Shown here: positions 56,932 to 64,000 of the stretch, piece after piece
Position numbering within the stretch: the stretch's first letter is position 1
Layout: every line of letters starts with the position of its first letter
IMG/VR virus record: IMGVR_UViG_2700988902_000001
Coordinates: 75,520 to 139,519 of that record
Origin: Angelvirus px29
Taxonomy: Duplodnaviria > Heunggongvirae > Uroviricota > Caudoviricetes > Straboviridae
Length of the DNA: 64,000 nucleotides
Strand: one strand, 5' to 3'
The notes under the pieces: generated by a model
The model's input: the letters and a program-made list of their open reading frames with translations, nothing else
Told to the model about the DNA's origin: nothing
Databases searched by the model: none
Position numbers and translations under genes: made by a program

Positions 56932-57855
56932 ATGATGTCAAATAACTTTGTTAGAAATCCAAGAGAGTTGAAAGATCTTATTCTGCGTCGTCTTGGTGCG
57001 CCTGTTATTCAAGTTGAAGTAACCGAGGATCAGATTTATGATTGCATCGGTCGCGCACTTGAACTATATAAAGAATATCACTATGATGGCTTGAATAAAG
57101 CTTACATCACGGTTAAACTAACAGCAGAACAAGCAGCAACTGGATATATTGATGTATCTGCTTATCCTATTTTCGCTATTACCAAGATCATTCGTCAAAA
57201 GTCTATGCTTTGGGGTGGACTCGGTGGTGGCGCAACTTTGAACTTTTTCACCGACTTTCTAACTACCTTAGGCGGTGGACCACAAGGGATTAGTTATCAT
57301 GGCCCATTCGGGGCTCTTGGTAATATTGGGTTCTTTGCACAGTTTCAAAGTTATCAAAACTTGATGATGGACCAGCTTGACCCGCTGCCTGACTACTGGC
57401 TAGACCCAGTTAATGGGATTGTTCAGATCACTGGTAAGAATTTCATGGAGAACGATTTAATCATCATGGAAGTTCATGTTCAGAACTTTGTCGAGATTGA
57501 ACGTTCTGTTCGTGGTATTGCGGGTGCTGGAATCGTCGCTGGCGGTTCAACAACTGCGAACGATAAAGACAAATGGCTTAACCCATACGCTAGAATGCCG
57601 GCAAACGTCGCAGGGCAGGCTAGGAGCGAGTTCCCAGATCAGGGCGTATACAACATCAGATGGACTAAGGACTACGCCACAACTCTTACCAAAGAGATTT
57701 GGGGAGAGATATTGGCTAAACATCAAGGGATGCAATTGCCGGGTGGTGTTACTGTTGATGGCACCAGACTGATCGAAGAAGCAAGACAAGAAAAAGAAGT
57801 ATTGAGACAGGAGCTTATGCTTTTGGAAGAGCCACTTGGCGTATATATGGGTTAA
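56932..57855 (+). CDS. 13: Neck protein
   Basis: LKD.ILRRLGAP.I.VEVT.DQI.DCI.RAL, QLPGGVT.DG. Confidence 0.95.
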   Translation: MMSNNFVRNPRELKDLILRRLGAPVIQVEVTEDQIYDCIGRALELYKEYHYDGLNKAYITVKLTAEQAATGYIDVSAYPIFAITKIIRQKSMLWGGLGGGATLNFFTDFLTTLGGGPQGISYHGPFGALGNIGFFAQFQSYQNLMMDQLDPLPDYWLDPVNGIVQITGKNFMENDLIIMEVHVQNFVEIERSVRGIAGAGIVAGGSTTANDKDKWLNPYARMPANVAGQARSEFPDQGVYNIRWTKDYATTLTKEIWGEILAKHQGMQLPGGVTVDGTRLIEEARQEKEVLRQELMLLEEPLGVYMG

Positions 57856-57859
57856 TCAA

Positions 57860-58543
57860 ATGAATCATTATTTGTATGAAATAAAAAACGTAATAAACAA
57901 CATGATCTATGTGGGCATTCGCACTTGCAAGTGCCCAATAGAAAATGACCCGTATATGGGTAGTGGTGTCAGAATAAAATATGCTATTTCAAAATATGGC
58001 ATAGAAAACTTTGAGAAGCGTGTTATTGCGACATATGACACACGAAATGATCTGGAGTGTGCAGAACGAGAATATGTTAACTTGAAGTTCGTTCTAAGAG
58101 AAGATACTTATAATATCGCCGTTGGAGGAAAGGGTGGTGATATGTGGTCCGGGCAGACCTCTTTGAAGATAAGAGAAAAACATAAACAGGCTTGTATATT
58201 GACTAATACTTCGGAAGAATTTAGAAAGAAAGTATCGGATGGAGCAAAAAGAAGATTTTCAAATGATGAACAAAGAGCGCATCTATCGAAAATGGCAAAA
58301 CTACAATTTTCCGATCCAGAAAAGAGAGCTAGATACGACGCTGAGTTGAAGAACAGAAAATTCACAGATAGTTGGATAGAGAACGTCGTGGCAGTAAAGC
58401 AGACGCCAGAATATAAACAAAAGAGATCTGAAATTGCTACAAATTGGCCAGTATTAGAGTGTCCCGTTTGTGGAAAAATGATAAAGAGTCAAGGAAATTA
58501 TACTCAACATATCAACAAACACAAACGAAACGGAGAGTTATGA
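57860..58543 (+). mobile_element. Free-standing GIY-YIG (Seg-like) homing endonuclease
   Basis: YLY.I.N..N..IY.G, Y.GSG, KYG.ENF, E...V, YN...GG.G; C-terminal C2H2 finger. Confidence 0.85.
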
Positions 58544-59334
58544 TGTTCGCTAGAAATAAAAGCATGTTCGCCCAGCTCGAAACGGGAGCTGGGTACAATA
58601 AGACTTATCAAGACAGTGTGCTTAACCCTTATGTGAATAAGCATGAATATGGTCCGACTTTATCATTGCAAGAAATGTTGGTGGCAGAATCGGTACAAAT
58701 GAATGGGGTTGAGGTTTATTATATTCGTCGTGAATTTGTGAACTTTGATCGAATATTTGGCGAAGATATGCAGTCCAAATTTAAGAAAGCTTATAAAGTT
58801 GCTATGTATCTCGAAAGTTTCGATGAATATAGTGGGCAGCGAGATTTCTTTTCCAAGTTTGGTATGCAAGTAAATGATGAGGTTAGCTTTACAGTTAGCC
58901 CTATGTTGTTTGAGCATCAAACAGATGGACAGCGAGCTAAAGAAGGTGACTTGATTTATTTCCCACTGAATAACAGCTTGTTTGAAGTTACATGGGTTGA
59001 GCCGATATCGCCTATGGTCAAGCGTGAACGTTTGGCAAAATATCGTATCACAGCACAGAAATTCATTTATAGCGGCGAAGAGATCAAACCAGAGTTTGAC
59101 CCTAATCGTTATATTCTTGGCGATGATGATCCATTAGCACAGATCAAGGCTCTTGATCATAGAGTTGATGTTAGTCTTGACGAATTTGCCGAAGACGATG
59201 CATTCAACGAAGAGTCCGAGACTTTTGTTGAGGAGTTCGAAAACATTATCGGAACAGGTTCTCCGATTGCAACACATCAGAAACCGGACGCGAATGACGC
59301 ATCCGATCCCTTTGATGATATGGAGTCGTTTTAA
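58540..59334 (+). CDS. 14: Neck protein
   Basis: LVAES.QM.G.E.YY..R, FFSKFG.QV.DE, EGDLIYFP.N.SLFE. Confidence 0.95.
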   Translation: MMFARNKSMFAQLETGAGYNKTYQDSVLNPYVNKHEYGPTLSLQEMLVAESVQMNGVEVYYIRREFVNFDRIFGEDMQSKFKKAYKVAMYLESFDEYSGQRDFFSKFGMQVNDEVSFTVSPMLFEHQTDGQRAKEGDLIYFPLNNSLFEVTWVEPISPMVKRERLAKYRITAQKFIYSGEEIKPEFDPNRYILGDDDPLAQIKALDHRVDVSLDEFAEDDAFNEESETFVEEFENIIGTGSPIATHQKPDANDASDPFDDMESF

Positions 59335-59335
59335 A

Positions 59336-59950
59336 TCAGAGCCCTGCGGGGCTCTTTTCGTATGAGCTACAAATTTCGCATCTGGTATTACTCTTGATGC
59401 GAGTCAACGATAGATCAAAAGAGCCATGTTGTTTGCAAGTCACTTGGTATTGTGTGCTGTTACCAGCCCAGCCAGAAACTTGTTTGACTGCATAGCCGTT
59501 TGATTTAGCATAATCGGAAACGATCTTAACTGCAAGATGCTTCGGCTTTTTCTTTTCGATGCCGATACAGACATCACATTTTGGTTGATCGAACATCACT
59601 TTACCAACTTTTGTAAATGTAGTGTGACCGTGCTCGCACTGCAAAGCTATCTGACTCTCGCGGTGCCACTCCTCCTTAATCGAAGGCGCTGTAAATAGTG
59701 TGAACTTAGTCTTGCTCAAGTTTTGCATCACAAGCTTCTGGCGCTGTTTGTCGTTGAAGTGATACTTGCGATCACACCAGCAACGCATACGACTGATATC
59801 TTGGAACTTAGCGGGAAATACTGGCAGACCCAGACCTTTTCGCTTAGTGCATTTATCACAGACACAAGCATACACCTTGTTACCACTGGTGTCAATACCA
59901 TAAATGTCAATAATAGTGAATTGTCTAATTTTAGTACCGATTCTGTTCAT
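59336..59950 (-). CDS. Multi-zinc-ribbon protein, possibly derived from a homing-endonuclease DNA-binding region
   Basis: Repeated C..C / C..HG...C..C modules; no nuclease motif recognised. Confidence 0.65.
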   Translation of the reverse strand: MNRIGTKIRQFTIIDIYGIDTSGNKVYACVCDKCTKRKGLGLPVFPAKFQDISRMRCWCDRKYHFNDKQRQKLVMQNLSKTKFTLFTAPSIKEEWHRESQIALQCEHGHTTFTKVGKVMFDQPKCDVCIGIEKKKPKHLAVKIVSDYAKSNGYAVKQVSGWAGNSTQYQVTCKQHGSFDLSLTRIKSNTRCEICSSYEKSPAGL

Positions 59951-59951
59951 A

Positions 59952-60110
59952 TAGTATACTCACCTAGAAAGTCGCGTCAGCGACTGCGTAGCTAACCTAT
60001 TGTAATTAAAGGAGAAGAGAAGATAGATCTTCATTAAAGATATATAAGAGAATTTATCTTCTCTTCTTCTCACGATTGAGCGGCTTTGCCGCAGTGCTAA
60101 AGCACTAAAT
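59952..60110. repeat. Palindromic intergenic element, copy 3 of 3 (inverted)
   Basis: Reverse complement matches copies 1 and 2; abuts the ACTAAATA late promoter of gene 15. Confidence 0.92.
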
Positions 60111-60132
60111 AACGATAAAGAGGAGTCTAACA

Positions 60133-60953
60133 ATGTTTGGATATTTTTACAACAGCGTATCAAGAAGATACATCGTCTTGATGGGACAGCTATTCAACGG
60201 CGTTCAAGTCGCTCGCGAACGAGACGGGAAAGTTTCTTATCAGAAAGTACCCATCACCTATGCTAGTAAAGAGCGGTTCGCAATGAAACTCAATAGCATT
60301 AACAGCAACATCGATGAACATGGAATTGCAAGAATCGAAACGATTCTACCGAGAATGAATCTACAAATGCTTGACATGGTATACAATCCTATGTTCAAGA
60401 CTGGAGTCAATGTTCGCTCTCAGTCGCTTGGTGCTGGAACCGTATCTCGTAATAACCCGGTACCATACAAGTATCTTTTTGAGTTGTCAATCGCTACTCG
60501 CTTTGAAGATGACATGTTTCAGATTGTTGAGCAAATATTGCCATACTTTCAACCAAACTTTACCACAAAAATAACTGAGTTGCACGACTCGTTGACACCC
60601 GTTGATCGTGATATTCAGATCACTATTCAAGGCGTTTCTATTTCGGAAGAATTGGAGGGGCCAGCAACCGAGAGACGTCGAATTCAATGGGATATTACAT
60701 TTGAACTTGATGGCTGGTTGTATCCGCCGGTAAATAACTTGAAAGGCGAAATCAAGACAATCTATCTCGATTTCTTCTCTAATAAGACTGAGTTGAAAAC
60801 TGGCGAAGATAATTTCGAGTCTGTTGACTTTGAAGTTGATCCTCGCACGGCGACTAAAGAAAATTGGGATGGTAAATATAAAGAGACAATGAGCGAGAAT
60901 ATTCCTATTCCAACCGCTCCGGATGGACCGGGACCAAGAGGATTAAAACACAC

Positions 60954-60957
<4 letters not shown>
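60133..60957 (+). CDS. 15: Tail sheath stabiliser / completion protein
   Basis: MFGYFYN...RRY.V..G.LF, KVP..YA.KE, EQILP.FQP.F. Confidence 0.95.

Positions 60958-64000
<3,043 letters not shown>

Overview
A 64-kb segment of a large T4-like myovirus genome (Straboviridae-type). Composition and gene order suggest an Aeromonas/Vibrio schizo-T-even-like phage, but that is inference. Bases 1-32.8 kb read almost entirely on the minus strand. They hold a late gene cut by the window edge (putative ADP-ribosyltransferase), an ADP-ribosylglycohydrolase, many small early ORFs, a DUF2828/vWA (TROVE-like) protein, thymidine kinase and CreA. They also hold a cluster of about 22 tRNA genes interleaved with tRNA-like and other structured RNAs, followed by 57B/57A/1/3/29/51/26/54/2/4. 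From 33.3 kb the plus strand carries the virion module 48-53-27-5-5.1-5.4-25-6-7-8-9-10-11-12-wac-13-14-15-16-17. Main unusual observations: (1) a family of at least six small RNAs sharing a stem followed by TT(T/A)C(A/T/C)GCAA, two of them nested in permuted form in tRNA anticodon arms, with the DUF2828 protein as candidate partner; (2) tRNA-Ile2(CAT) split inside its anticodon by a ribozyme-free endonuclease cassette; (3) tRNA-Arg(TCT) with a 26-nt intron-like insert; (4) a minimal tmRNA-TLD-like RNA; (5) terminase gp17 broken by an apparently atypically split intein whose C-half is fused to a GIY-YIG endonuclease; (6) a 150-bp palindromic element in three copies, each abutting a late promoter; (7) a fibre gene frameshifted by a 20-bp tandem duplication. 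All family assignments come from motif recognition by eye, not database searches.
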